Notes under the pieces: model-generated
Told to the model about the DNA's origin: nothing
Seen by the model: only the letters and a program-made list of their open reading frames with translations
Database searches by the model: none
In this document: positions 1-9,519 of the stretch, piece by piece
Layout: each line of letters begins with the position of its first letter
How positions within the stretch are numbered: the stretch's first letter is position 1
Source of the DNA: a virus
DNA: 38,758 nt
Direction: 5' to 3' (one strand)
UHGV virus genome: UHGV-0370973
Program-made: the position numbers and the translations under genes

Positions 1-4
1 CGCA

Positions 5-493
5 ATGACCAGTTTTGCCAGCCCATACAGCATCGGGGACACAGCAACACCGACCGCCACCCACTTAATGGCAAAAGCCAGTGCTCTGCTGATGTCATCA
101 GACCGCGATAACGCCATCACCTACAAAGTGCAGCGCGATAAAAAAGCCAGAGAGCTGGAGCTGGCAAACGCCACCATTACTGATATGCAGGTGCGCCAGC
201 GCGATGTTGCTGCGCTCGATGCAAAATACTCGAGGGAATTAGCCGATGCGAGAGCTGAAAATGAAACTCTGCGTGCTGATGTTGCTGCTGGTCGTAAGCG
301 CCTGCGGATCAACGCCACCTGCTCCGGTACCGTGCGTGAAGCCACCGGCACCTCCGGCATGGATAATGCAACCGGCCCCCGACTGGCAGACACCGCTGAA
401 CGGGATTATTTCATCCTCAGAGAACGGTTGATGACAATGCAGAAGCAGCTGGAAGGGGCACAGGAATATATCCGCACTCAGTGCCTGAATTAA
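5..493 (+). CDS. Rz: Rz-like i-spanin (inner-membrane spanin component); upstream end possibly cut by window start
   Basis: Translation from DRDNAITYK to the C-terminal QC aligns along its length with lambda Rz ([13 protein letters not shown]...AALDAKY...DDVAAGRRRL...[17 protein letters not shown]...MQKQLEG). The reading frame is open to position 2, and the visible N-terminus has no hydrophobic TM segment. Confidence 0.85.
   Translation: MTSFASPYSIGDTATPTATHLMAKASALLMSSDRDNAITYKVQRDKKARELELANATITDMQVRQRDVAALDAKYSRELADARAENETLRADVAAGRKRLRINATCSGTVREATGTSGMDNATGPRLADTAERDYFILRERLMTMQKQLEGAQEYIRTQCLN
246..431 (+). CDS. Rz1: Rz1-like o-spanin lipoprotein, embedded in the +1 frame of Rz
   Basis: [15 protein letters not shown] lipobox-type signal followed by a proline-rich mature region [27 protein letters not shown], matching lambda Rz1 ([27 protein letters not shown]). 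Fully nested inside Rz as in lambda. Confidence 0.8.
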   Translation: MRELKMKLCVLMLLLVVSACGSTPPAPVPCVKPPAPPAWIMQPAPDWQTPLNGIISSSENG

Positions 494-496
494 CAG

Positions 497-521
497 AGCC
501 AGCTTAATCGCTGGCTTTTTC
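497..521 (+). terminator. Putative intrinsic terminator after the spanin genes
   Basis: GC stem gccagc / gctggc (498-503, 510-515) with a 6-nt loop, followed by TTTTT (516-520). Confidence 0.5.
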
Positions 522-568
522 ATATCTGAATTTCATCGCGCATCTCACGCGCATATCACATCCCCGAG

Positions 569-660
569 CCTTTCAGAAAGTTGAGCCTGAGAACTGCCGT
601 ATATGGTGGCGACCATCTCGGGGCGGCTTTTCTGTGAGACAGGCTCAATTTTCTGAAAGG
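569..660. promoter_or_regulatory. 21-bp inverted repeat (1 mismatch) with 50-bp spacer immediately upstream of the Rha-family gene
   Basis: cctttcagaaagttgagcctg (569-589) versus caggctcaattttctgaaagg (640-660); the right arm ends 9 bp before the ATG at 670. Confidence 0.35.
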
Positions 661-669
661 TAAGACGCT

Positions 670-1221
670 ATGAACTATCCGACGATTGTTAACGGTATTG
701 ATTTCCGCGATCTTGTTTTTGTGACAGGCAACGAGCCGGTGACGGATACCCGAAAGGTTGCCGTAGCATTTGGCAAAGAACACAAAGATGTATTGCGGAA
801 AACAAGAGCCGTTGTTCAACAATGCTCAAAAGAATTTGCAGAGCGCAATTTTGCGCTTTGCTATGAAAACAATGAGTTACAGAACGGTAAACCCCAGCCC
901 ATATATCGAATGACAAAAGACGGTTGGACGATGTTGGTATTTGGTTTTACGGGGAAAGCTGCTATGACCTTTAAGGAAGCGTACATTCAGGCTTTCAACT
1001 GGATGGCTGAGCTTATTCAGCAAGGTCTGGCGAATCTGGAGGCGGAGCGCAACGCTGTAATGCTGGAGTACATGAAAGAGAAAGATGTCGCCAGTATGTC
1101 AGGTCGTTTGCTCAATCGCTGGGGCAGGGTGAAGAAGCCTCAGTTGCTGGCAAGGCTGGACAGGCTGGAGCAGCAGGGGCAGATTGCGTTACCCGGATTT
1201 GATAAAGGCATTTCAGCCTGA
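670..1221 (+). CDS. Phage regulatory protein, Rha family (antirepressor-like)
   Basis: N-terminal pattern LVFVTGNEPVTDTRKVAVAFGKEHKDVLRKTR fits the Rha-family signature (VTDSL-VAE-FGKRHDNVLR) as recalled; located between the lysis and packaging genes. Confidence 0.6.
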   Translation: MNYPTIVNGIDFRDLVFVTGNEPVTDTRKVAVAFGKEHKDVLRKTRAVVQQCSKEFAERNFALCYENNELQNGKPQPIYRMTKDGWTMLVFGFTGKAAMTFKEAYIQAFNWMAELIQQGLANLEAERNAVMLEYMKEKDVASMSGRLLNRWGRVKKPQLLARLDRLEQQGQIALPGFDKGISA

Positions 1222-1520
1222 CATAGCCATGCGCCGTATCGTCGCAGTATTCCCGCATTAACAGAGACCTCAGCCAGACACTGGACCTCCTGCGCGAGTG
1301 TGTGGGGATAATCAAAAACGATGCACACCGGGCTTTCCACGTTTTCAGGTAACGTGAGCGTTTTCCCGCATGGCCGCCTGTCCGGTGCGGTGGTGGAAGA
1401 AACCGGATAAAACAACCATATTGTGTAAATATCAATCAAACAAGACGCTGCTGTGTGAATTCTGAAAAATCACAGCGGTCATTATGCGTCAGTTTTTAAC
1501 AGAGGACGTCAGAAAGTGAC

Positions 1521-2327
1521 ATGGCAAAGCTGGACTGGAAAAAACTGGAGCAGGCATTCCGACGCGAACATGCCGAAACGGGAATAACATTACTGGAGTG
1601 GTGCCGTAAGAAAAAGATTAATTACAACACCGCCAGAACCCGTATAAAAATGGGCAAAATCGATCATGAAATCGATCATAAAACCGATCATGAAATCGAT
1701 CATGACATCTCAGATGAAGAACCCAGCAATGACGCGGGTTCCGACGATGAAAAATGCGCAAAAAATTCTGAAAAAAACTGCGCAAATTCGGCAGAAACGA
1801 AACGCAACAGCAGATCGGGCAATCCTCACCCCGTTGCCCGGTTTAGCGACCGTAACACCCACGCCGTGAGACACCGTGGATATGCGAAGTATCTTGAGGC
1901 AGATAACCTCATGGATGATGCGTCCGATATGGTGCTGTTCGATGAACTGGTGTTCACCCGTGCCCGCGCACTTTCAGTAACAGGAACACTGAAAAAAATG
2001 TTCGCCGACCTGAAAGAGGCGGCTGACGTGGAAACCCGTGTTGCCCTGTACGACAAAATACTTAAAGCCGAACAGGCTCTTGACCGGAATATTGCCCGTA
2101 TCGAGTCAATTGAACGCTCATTGCTGACGCTGGACGTTCTGGCGGAAACAGCACCAAAACTTCGTGCTGACCGGGAAAGAATCAACGCTGCCAGAGATAA
2201 ACTCAGAGCGGAAACCGATATTCTGACCAGCCAGCGTCGGGGCGTTGTTACGCCTGTCAGTGACATCGTGTCATCGCTGCATGAAATGAGTAATTCGGGG
2301 AGACTGGATGACATTCCGGAAGAATAA
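1521..2327 (+). CDS. Putative terminase small subunit
   Basis: Position immediately upstream of, and overlapping, the large terminase; basic N-terminal region with HTH-like LLEWCRKKKINYNTARTRIKMGK. The call is by synteny rather than a recognised motif. Confidence 0.5.
   Translation: MAKLDWKKLEQAFRREHAETGITLLEWCRKKKINYNTARTRIKMGKIDHEIDHKTDHEIDHDISDEEPSNDAGSDDEKCAKNSEKNCANSAETKRNSRSGNPHPVARFSDRNTHAVRHRGYAKYLEADNLMDDASDMVLFDELVFTRARALSVTGTLKKMFADLKEAADVETRVALYDKILKAEQALDRNIARIESIERSLLTLDVLAETAPKLRADRERINAARDKLRAETDILTSQRRGVVTPVSDIVSSLHEMSNSGRLDDIPEE
1659..1706 (+). repeat. 4 tandem copies of a 12-bp unit inside the putative terS
   Basis: atcgatcatgaa / atcgatcataaa / accgatcatgaa / atcgatcatgac, encoding IDHE-IDHK-TDHE-IDHD. 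Confidence 0.85.
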
Positions 2328-4014
2328 ACCGCGATGTGATGAATCTGCAGAAATGACTGAGACCGAACAACGTCTGTTCATTATGACAAAACTGAGCAAT
2401 CCCTGGTGGCGCCTCAATCATCTCTACAAGATACAGAACGAAAAAGGTGAGCTGGTCACCTTCAGAATGCGACCGGCGCAGCGCCAGTTGTTCCGGAGCA
2501 TGCACAATAAAAATATTATCCTGAAAGCACGCCAGCTGGGGTTTTCCACGGCCATTGATATTTATCTTCTCGACCAGGCATTATTCATACCGCATCTCAA
2601 ATGCGGGATTGTCGCTCAGGATAAACAGGCTGCCAGTGAAATTTTCCGCACCAAAATTGCTGTACCGTTTGATCATCTTCCTGACTGGCTGAGAGCCTCA
2701 TTCACCATCGTTGAACGTCGTAGCGGAGCCAGCGGTGGCTATATCCTGTTTGGTCACGGCTCGAGTATCCAGGTGGCAACCTCATTCCGTTCAGGTACGG
2801 TGCAGCGCCTGCATATCTCAGAGCACGGCAAAATTTGCGCAAAATATCCGGCTAAGGCGAAAGAACTGCGAACCGGTACACTTAATGCCGTCTCTGATGA
2901 GTGCATTATTTTTGATGAATCCACTGCTGAAGGTGTGGGTGGCGATTTTTACGAGATGAGTAACCGGGCACAGGAAATCACTGCATCAGGGCTGGCGCTG
3001 ACGCCACAGGATTATAAATTCCATTTTTACGCCTGGTGGCAGGATCTCAAATACAGCGCCAGAGTGCCGGAAAGCGGACTTAAGCTGTCACAGGAAAAAA
3101 CAGCGTATTTTTCTGCGGTTGAAAAAGCAATGAACATCACGCTTACCGATGAGCAGAAACACTGGTACATCTGCAAGGAAACTGAACAGCGTGAGGAAAT
3201 GAAGCAGGAATTTCCCTCAACGCCACAGGAGGCGTTTCTGACGTCAGGACGACGGGTGTTCAGTGCGGAAAGCACGCTGCAGGCAGAGTCATTCTGTTCG
3301 CCACCGCTGATTGTTTATGACATTGAACCGGTTACAGGAACGAAGACCAAAGCGCAGTCTCTGCGTGACGGGAATAAAGCCGAACAGCACCGGACGCTGA
3401 TGAATTATCTGCTGGTCTGGGAGCTGCCGGATCCGGATGAAGAGTATGTATGCGGAGCGGATACCGCTGAGGGGCTGGAGCACGGAGACCGCTCATCGCT
3501 GGATATCATCAGATGCAGTAATGGTGAGCAGGTGGCTCACTGGTTTGGTCATCTCGATGCGGAGCTTTTCGCTCATCTCATTGCGCAGGTCTGCCGTATG
3601 TACAACAATGCGTTTGTGGGGCCGGAGCGTAACAATCACGGACATGCCGTTATCCTGAAACTCAGGGAACTCTATCCGACGCGTTATATCTACAACGAAC
3701 AGCACCTTGACCAGGCATATGACGACGATACGCCCCGTCTTGGCTGGCTGACAACCCGCCAGAGTAAACCGGTCCTGACAGAGGGAATGAAAACGCTGCT
3801 GAATAACGGCCTGTCGGGGATCCGCTGGTCGGGCACATTATCAGAAATGAACACCTACGTTTATGACGCGAAAGGCTCCATGAATGCACAGGAAGGCTGT
3901 TTTGATGATCAGCTTATGAGCTACATGATTGCCCAGGAGATGCGCGCCAGAATGCCGGTGAGGGTAAAACAGAAAACGGATAAACGCAGAACCACACACT
4001 GGATGGCTCACTGA
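2308..4014 (+). CDS. Terminase large subunit
   Basis: 568-aa ORF with a typical terminase N-terminus (NPWWRLNHLYKIQNEKGELV, ILKARQLGFSTAI Walker-A-like region) and a nuclease-type C-terminal half. Start overlaps terS by 20 nt; its stop overlaps the portal start. Confidence 0.85.
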   Translation: MTFRKNKPRCDESAEMTETEQRLFIMTKLSNPWWRLNHLYKIQNEKGELVTFRMRPAQRQLFRSMHNKNIILKARQLGFSTAIDIYLLDQALFIPHLKCGIVAQDKQAASEIFRTKIAVPFDHLPDWLRASFTIVERRSGASGGYILFGHGSSIQVATSFRSGTVQRLHISEHGKICAKYPAKAKELRTGTLNAVSDECIIFDESTAEGVGGDFYEMSNRAQEITASGLALTPQDYKFHFYAWWQDLKYSARVPESGLKLSQEKTAYFSAVEKAMNITLTDEQKHWYICKETEQREEMKQEFPSTPQEAFLTSGRRVFSAESTLQAESFCSPPLIVYDIEPVTGTKTKAQSLRDGNKAEQHRTLMNYLLVWELPDPDEEYVCGADTAEGLEHGDRSSLDIIRCSNGEQVAHWFGHLDAELFAHLIAQVCRMYNNAFVGPERNNHGHAVILKLRELYPTRYIYNEQHLDQAYDDDTPRLGWLTTRQSKPVLTEGMKTLLNNGLSGIRWSGTLSEMNTYVYDAKGSMNAQEGCFDDQLMSYMIAQEMRARMPVRVKQKTDKRRTTHWMAH

Positions 4015-6158
4015 TGAAAAATGAAACTAATACCATGGCGACGAAAAACGACAACGGAGCCACGCCGCGTTTTTCTCAGCGCCAGTTACAGGCGCTTTGT
4101 TCTGATATTGACAGTCAGCCTAAATGGCGCGATGCCGCAAACAAGGCCTGTGCGTATTACGATGGTGACCAGTTGCCACCGGAAGTTCTCCAGGTGTTGA
4201 AAGATCGCGGTCAGCCGATGACCATCCATAACCTCATCGCGCCTACCGTTGATGGTGTTCTGGGTATGGAGGCCAAAACGCGGACTGATCTGTTGGTGAT
4301 ATCAGATGATCCTGATGATGAAACAGAAAAACTGGCTGAAGCTATTAATGCTGAATTTGCCGATGCTTGCCGCCTTGGAAATATGAATAAAGCCCGTTCT
4401 GATGCCTATGCGGAACAAATCAAAGCGGGGCTCAGCTGGGTGGAGGTCAGACGGAACAGCGATCCGTTCGGGCCTGAGTTTAAGGTGTCTACTGTCAGCC
4501 GGAATGAAGTGTTCTGGGACTGGCTCAGCCGGGAGGCTGATTTAAGTGACTGCCGCTGGCTGATGCGCCGCCGCTGGATGGATACCGATGAGGCAAAAGC
4601 CACATTTCCGGGAATGGCTCAGGTTATCGATTATGCCATTGATGACTGGCGTGGTTTTGTCGATACCACGGTTACTGAAGGCCAGCCCAGTCCGTTGATG
4701 AGTGCATGGGAAGAGTATCAGTCATGGGATCGACAGCAGAACGAATGGCTTCAGCGTGAACGCCGTCGTGTGCTGCTTCAGGTGGTTTATTACCGTACAT
4801 TCGAGCGTCTTCCGGTGATTGAACTCAGTAATGGACGGGTGGTGGCCTTTGATAAAAATAATCTGATGCATGCGGTGGCTGTGGCATCCGGGCGGGTGCA
4901 GGTGAGAGTCGGGCGGGTAAGTCGTATTCGTGAAGCCTGGTTTGTGGGACCGCACTTTATTGTGGATCGCCCCTGTAGTGCGCCGCAGGGGATGTTCCCG
5001 CTGGTTCCCTTCTGGGGATACCGGAAGGATAAAACCGGGGAGCCTTACGGGCTGATTTCCCGGGCCATTCCGGCACAGGATGAGGTGAATTTTCGTCGTA
5101 TAAAACTGACGTGGTTGCTTCAGGCCAAACGCGTGATTATGGACGAGGATGCCACCCAGTTGTCAGACAACGATCTGATGGAGCAGATCGAGCGTCCGGA
5201 TGGCATTATTAAACTGAATCCGGCCCGAAAAAATCAGAAAAGCGTTGCTGATGTTTTCCGGGTTGAACAGGATTTTCAGGTTGCCAGCCAGCAGTTTCAG
5301 GTCATGCAGGAGTCGGAAAAACTTATCCAGGACACGATGGGGGTTTATTCCGCATTTCTCGGGCAGGATTCAAATGCATCGTCCGGTGTGGCGATCAGCA
5401 ACCTGGTGGAGCAGGGAGCCACAACCCTTGCCGAAATCAACGATAACTACCAGTTTGCCTGCCAGCAGGTGGGAAGGCTGTTGCTCGCTTATCTTCTTGA
5501 TGACCTGAAAAAGCGGCGTAATCATGCGGTGGTGATTAATCGCGATGATCGTCAGCGTCGCCAGACCATTGTCCTCAATGCTGAAGGTGATAATGGTGAA
5601 CTGACCAATGATATTTCAAGGTTAAATACACATATTGCGCTGGCTCCTGTTCAGCAGACACCGGCGTTTAAGGCACAGCTTGCACAGAGAATGTCAGAGG
5701 TTATTCAGGGGCTGCCGCCTCAGGTGCAGGCTGTTGTGCTCGATCTGTGGGTTAATCTTCTGGATGTGCCGCAGAAACAGGAATTTGTCGAACGTATTCG
5801 TGCGGCGCTGGGGACGCCAAAATCACCGGATGAGATGACTCCGGAAGAGCAGGAAGCGGCAGCACAACAGCAGGCGCTGGAGCAACAGCAGGCAGAACTT
5901 CAGATGCGCGAAATGACAGGCCGGGTGGCTAAACTGGAAGCAGAAGCTGCCAGGGCACGCGCGGCTGCGCAACGGGATAATGCTGGCGCACAACGGGATG
6001 TCGCCGTGGCACAGGGACAGCGTTATGTGGATGCGCTTAACCAGGCACATACGGCAGAAATCATTACCGGCATACAGAATATGGAACAGGAGCAGGAAGT
6101 TCTTCAGCAACAGATGCTGCATACACTACAACAGCGGATGCATGAAATGCCGCTCTGA
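4014..6158 (+). CDS. Portal protein
   Basis: 714-aa ORF directly downstream of terL, with a long C-terminal Gln/Ala-rich coiled-coil tail (QQQALEQQQAELQMRE...) as in P22-type portals. Confidence 0.8.
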   Translation: MKNETNTMATKNDNGATPRFSQRQLQALCSDIDSQPKWRDAANKACAYYDGDQLPPEVLQVLKDRGQPMTIHNLIAPTVDGVLGMEAKTRTDLLVISDDPDDETEKLAEAINAEFADACRLGNMNKARSDAYAEQIKAGLSWVEVRRNSDPFGPEFKVSTVSRNEVFWDWLSREADLSDCRWLMRRRWMDTDEAKATFPGMAQVIDYAIDDWRGFVDTTVTEGQPSPLMSAWEEYQSWDRQQNEWLQRERRRVLLQVVYYRTFERLPVIELSNGRVVAFDKNNLMHAVAVASGRVQVRVGRVSRIREAWFVGPHFIVDRPCSAPQGMFPLVPFWGYRKDKTGEPYGLISRAIPAQDEVNFRRIKLTWLLQAKRVIMDEDATQLSDNDLMEQIERPDGIIKLNPARKNQKSVADVFRVEQDFQVASQQFQVMQESEKLIQDTMGVYSAFLGQDSNASSGVAISNLVEQGATTLAEINDNYQFACQQVGRLLLAYLLDDLKKRRNHAVVINRDDRQRRQTIVLNAEGDNGELTNDISRLNTHIALAPVQQTPAFKAQLAQRMSEVIQGLPPQVQAVVLDLWVNLLDVPQKQEFVERIRAALGTPKSPDEMTPEEQEAAAQQQALEQQQAELQMREMTGRVAKLEAEAARARAAAQRDNAGAQRDVAVAQGQRYVDALNQAHTAEIITGIQNMEQEQEVLQQQMLHTLQQRMHEMPL

Positions 6159-6176
6159 AAATCCTGAACTTAACGG

Positions 6177-6203
6177 AACCCCGTCATCGTACGGGGTTTT
6201 TTG
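6177..6203 (+). terminator. Intrinsic terminator after portal
   Basis: Stem aaccccgt / acggggtt (6177-6184, 6191-6198) followed by a T-run. Confidence 0.6.
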
Positions 6204-6315
6204 TTTCCGGAGATAAGCGTTCCGGGAGCGGTGCGCTTATTCGCGGGGGCAGCGATAAGCCTTATTTACTCAACCATTCGGATCTGTCCGATAAACAGAC
6301 CATGCGGAGTTATTT

Positions 6316-7323
6316 ATGGATTTTGAATTTACGGGTGAAGAAACCCCGGAACAACTGGAAAAAATGCTGGAAGGGCTTGGGGATGTGGATATTGACGGTC
6401 ACGAACAGGACGGCGTGACAGAGGCCGCCACAGAAAATCATGCGGATGAGGCAGCACAGACACAGACGGGCGATAACACTGCGGCACCGACGCCGGATGC
6501 CAGTGCTGAGCAGACGCAGGACGTGAAGGAGCCGGAGGCGAAGGGTGTGCTCACCCGCGATGGTAAACACGTCATTCCCTATGAAGTCCTTGAGGCTGAA
6601 CGTTCCGGTAAGCAGCGGGCCGAACAGGAAGCCGCACTTCTTCGGGGACAGATAGCCGAAGAAAAACGCCTGGTTGAACTGCTGACGTCTCAGATCCACC
6701 AGGCCGGTATGAAACCCGCACCGTTACCGGAAAACGAAAAAATCTCTGATGAGAAGATTGCCCGTATCAGGGAGATGTATCCGGAAATTGGTGACGCGGT
6801 GGCTTCGCTCATCCGTAAAAATAACTATCTCCAGTCCCGTGTTCAGCAATCAGCACAGCAGGCAGAAGGTCATGGTGGTGAGGATTTATCACCGGTTCTT
6901 GATGCGATGAATGCCGTGCCGGTGCTGAAAACGTGGCAGAACTCCGATCCGGATCGCTTCTCGGTTGCCGTATCCATCGACGGGAAGCTCCAGAATGACC
7001 CCGCATGGAAAGACAAACCGCTCACTGAACGTTTCGCCGAAGTGGCCCGCCGTACGCAGCTCGCTTTTGGTGAAGCCAGTGAGCCGCCTTCTGATGACAA
7101 GGCAGACAACACGGATATCCGGAAAACGGCGGAAGAAAAAGTGAAAGCCGCTGAACGGGAGATGGCAGTGCCTGCTTCCCCGTCAGAGCTTGGCAACACG
7201 GCTTCCGTCGGAACCGGTGATAATTTTGAACGGTTACTTGGTGCTTCCCATACCGAAATTGAAGCCGCCATGCGAGGCATGACGGACGCTGAAATTGACG
7301 CGATTCTGGAAAAACTCGGGTAA
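6316..7323 (+). CDS. Putative scaffolding protein
   Basis: Acidic, low-complexity, helix-prone 335-aa protein located between the portal and major capsid genes; call is by position only. Confidence 0.5.
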   Translation: MDFEFTGEETPEQLEKMLEGLGDVDIDGHEQDGVTEAATENHADEAAQTQTGDNTAAPTPDASAEQTQDVKEPEAKGVLTRDGKHVIPYEVLEAERSGKQRAEQEAALLRGQIAEEKRLVELLTSQIHQAGMKPAPLPENEKISDEKIARIREMYPEIGDAVASLIRKNNYLQSRVQQSAQQAEGHGGEDLSPVLDAMNAVPVLKTWQNSDPDRFSVAVSIDGKLQNDPAWKDKPLTERFAEVARRTQLAFGEASEPPSDDKADNTDIRKTAEEKVKAAEREMAVPASPSELGNTASVGTGDNFERLLGASHTEIEAAMRGMTDAEIDAILEKLG

Positions 7324-7345
7324 CCACTGAAGGAGTACTGACGTA

Positions 7346-8560
7346 ATGACCACAGTAACAACAGCCCAGGCGAATAAGCTGTATCAGGTGGCGCTTTTCA
7401 CGGCTGCCAACCGCAACCGCTCAATGGTGAATATACTCACTGAACAGCAGGATGCACCAAAAGCAGTTTCGCCTGACAAGAAAAGCACGAAGCAGACCAG
7501 TGCCGGTGCACCGGTTGTGCGAATCACGGACCTCAACAAACAGGCCGGTGATGAAGTGACATTCAGCATCATGCACAAACTCTCTAAACGTCCGACGATG
7601 GGGGATGAGCGCGTTGAAGGCCGTGGTGAAGACCTCAGCCATGCTGATTTTTCCCTGAAAATTAATCAGGGCCGTCACCTGGTGGATGCGGGCGGACGTA
7701 TGAGCCAGCAGCGTACGAAGTTCAACCTGGCATCCTCTGCCAGAACGCTGCTGGGTACGTACTTTAACGACCTGCAGGACCAGTGTGCGATAGTGCATCT
7801 TGCCGGTGCCCGCGGTGATTTTGTTGCTGATGACACCATTCTGCCAACGGCAGATCACCCTGAATTCAAAAAAATCATGATCAACGACGTACTGCCGCCG
7901 ACGCATGATCGTCATTTTTTCGGTGGGGATGCGACGAGTTTTGAAGGTATTGATCAGTCTGACCTGTTCACTCTTGCGCTGGTCGATAATCTCTCACTGT
8001 TTATTGACGAGATGGCTCATCCGTTACAACCGGTACGCCTGTCCGGTGATGAGCTGTATGGCGAAGATCCGTATTACGTCCTCTACGTCACGCCGCGTCA
8101 GTGGAATGACTGGTACACCTCCACGTCCGGCAAGGACTGGAACCAGATGATGACGCGTGCCGTAAACCGCTCAAAAGGGTTTAACCATCCGCTGTTCAAA
8201 GGCGAATGTGCGATGTGGCGCAATATCCTGGTCCGCAAGTATGCGGGGATGCCGATCCGTTTCTATCAGGGGTCAAAGGTTCTGGTATCGAAAAACGACC
8301 TGACGGCAACCACAGAAGAGAAGCAGGCCGCAACCAACATTGACCGCGCCATGCTGCTGGGTGCTCAGGCACTGGCGAATGCGTACGGTCAGAAGGGCGG
8401 CGGTCACTTCAACATGGTTGAGAAGAAAACGGATATGGATAACCGTACTGAGATAGCAATCAGCTGGATCAACGGTCTGAAAAAAATCCGTTTCCCGGAG
8501 AAGAGCGGCAGGATGCAGGATCACGGTGTTATTGCCGTTGATACCGCAGTGAAGCTCTGA
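7346..8560 (+). CDS. Major capsid protein
   Basis: 404-aa ORF in the canonical position after the scaffold, with a good RBS (gaaggag) and a terminator immediately downstream. Confidence 0.7.
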   Translation: MTTVTTAQANKLYQVALFTAANRNRSMVNILTEQQDAPKAVSPDKKSTKQTSAGAPVVRITDLNKQAGDEVTFSIMHKLSKRPTMGDERVEGRGEDLSHADFSLKINQGRHLVDAGGRMSQQRTKFNLASSARTLLGTYFNDLQDQCAIVHLAGARGDFVADDTILPTADHPEFKKIMINDVLPPTHDRHFFGGDATSFEGIDQSDLFTLALVDNLSLFIDEMAHPLQPVRLSGDELYGEDPYYVLYVTPRQWNDWYTSTSGKDWNQMMTRAVNRSKGFNHPLFKGECAMWRNILVRKYAGMPIRFYQGSKVLVSKNDLTATTEEKQAATNIDRAMLLGAQALANAYGQKGGGHFNMVEKKTDMDNRTEIAISWINGLKKIRFPEKSGRMQDHGVIAVDTAVKL

Positions 8561-8576
8561 TTTTTCCTTTCCCCAT

Positions 8577-8600
8577 GCCGGGTTATCGCCCGGCTTTTTC
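8577..8600 (+). terminator. Intrinsic terminator after the capsid gene
   Basis: Stem gccggg / cccggc with loop ttatc, followed by TTTTT. Confidence 0.55.
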
Positions 8601-8614
8601 AGGAGTCATTAATT

Positions 8615-9007
8615 ATGGCAAAGACCATCCTTGCCCCGTCACTGAGTGAACGGGTCTATACGGGTACGCACGGTAATGAGTCGGTGGCAGAAGGTGTGTT
8701 TACTGTGAATGCTGCGGAAGCGGACAGTGTTATTCATCTTTTTTCGTTGCCGATCGGTGTTCGTATTAATGCGTTACAGCTGGTTTCTACCAAGGGACTT
8801 GGCGGCACAGCAACTGTCAGCGTTAAATCTGGCGAACATGAACTCATTGGTGACAGTGGTGCAGTAACTGCCAGCTTTGCTAAATATGTGCCAGTGGAGC
8901 CGTACACCACACAGCGTGACGGAGAGCTGGTTACGGTCACCATTAAGACAGCTGCTGCGACCGGTACCCTGAATGTTCTGCTGCGTTATACCGTGGTGGG
9001 ATACTGA
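8615..9007 (+). CDS. Hypothetical virion protein
   Basis: 130-aa ORF with RBS (caggag), bounded by terminators on both sides. Confidence 0.5.
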   Translation: MAKTILAPSLSERVYTGTHGNESVAEGVFTVNAAEADSVIHLFSLPIGVRINALQLVSTKGLGGTATVSVKSGEHELIGDSGAVTASFAKYVPVEPYTTQRDGELVTVTIKTAAATGTLNVLLRYTVVGY

Positions 9008-9019
9008 TATAAACCTTCC

Positions 9020-9044
9020 GGCCCGCGTCATGCGGGCTTTTTTA
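9020..9044 (+). terminator. Intrinsic terminator
   Basis: Stem gcccgc / gcgggc with loop gtcat, followed by TTTTTT. Confidence 0.55.
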
Positions 9045-9057
9045 TCCGGGGAATTAT

Positions 9058-9519
9058 ATGAGCGAGAAAATTGCCGTTGTCTATATCGGCCCCAAACCCG
9101 TGAAAAAGGATACCCTTACCGGGAGTCGTACACTGTTCCCGCGTCTTGAGCCGGTGCATGTTGACAGCGCGCTTGCCTGGCAGTTGCTGGCCTTTCCGGA
9201 TGTCTGGGTTCGTCATGAAGAGCTTGATGGTGTGCTCAAAAAGCAACAACAGGATGAGCAGTTGCGGCAGGCACAGCAGGCGCAGGAAAGAGAACAGGTT
9301 GCTCTTACAGAAGCGGAGAACAGTTTTGTGGTTAGCGTTGGTGGTCAGGATGTGGATTTGAGCAAACTCACGTCCGCACGGCTGGCAACGTTGTGTGAGG
9401 CAGAAGAGCTGAATATTCACAAAGACCCGAAAGAAACGGCTGATGCATTTCGTGTCCGTGTGCGTGAGGCATTTCGCCGTCGTGTTGCGGAGACTGAACA
9501 GCATGGCGGAACTGACTGA
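9058..9519 (+). CDS. Hypothetical virion protein
   Basis: 153-aa ORF in the head-completion region, with a Q/E-rich coiled-coil segment. Confidence 0.45.
   Translation: MSEKIAVVYIGPKPVKKDTLTGSRTLFPRLEPVHVDSALAWQLLAFPDVWVRHEELDGVLKKQQQDEQLRQAQQAQEREQVALTEAENSFVVSVGGQDVDLSKLTSARLATLCEAEELNIHKDPKETADAFRVRVREAFRRRVAETEQHGGTD

Noticed and set aside
121-523. Antisense ORFs 121..393 and 239..523 opposite Rz/Rz1
   Set aside because: They overlap a well-supported spanin gene pair and have no RBS or recognisable product.
556-916. Minus-strand ORFs 556..822 and 689..916 opposite the Rha-family gene and its upstream region
   Set aside because: They overlap a gene with a family signature; the 5' part coincides with the inverted repeat, which explains the open frame.
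1112-1439. Minus-strand ORFs 1112..1435 and 1140..1439 in the Rha-terS intergenic region
   Set aside because: No RBS and no recognisable product, and they are antisense to the flow of the surrounding operon; treated as non-coding, although a small gene here cannot be excluded without homology data.
1659-1706. Possible CRISPR-like array suggested by short tandem repeats
   Set aside because: Units are 12 bp, contiguous without spacers and in-frame inside a coding sequence; this is a coding tandem repeat, not a CRISPR array.
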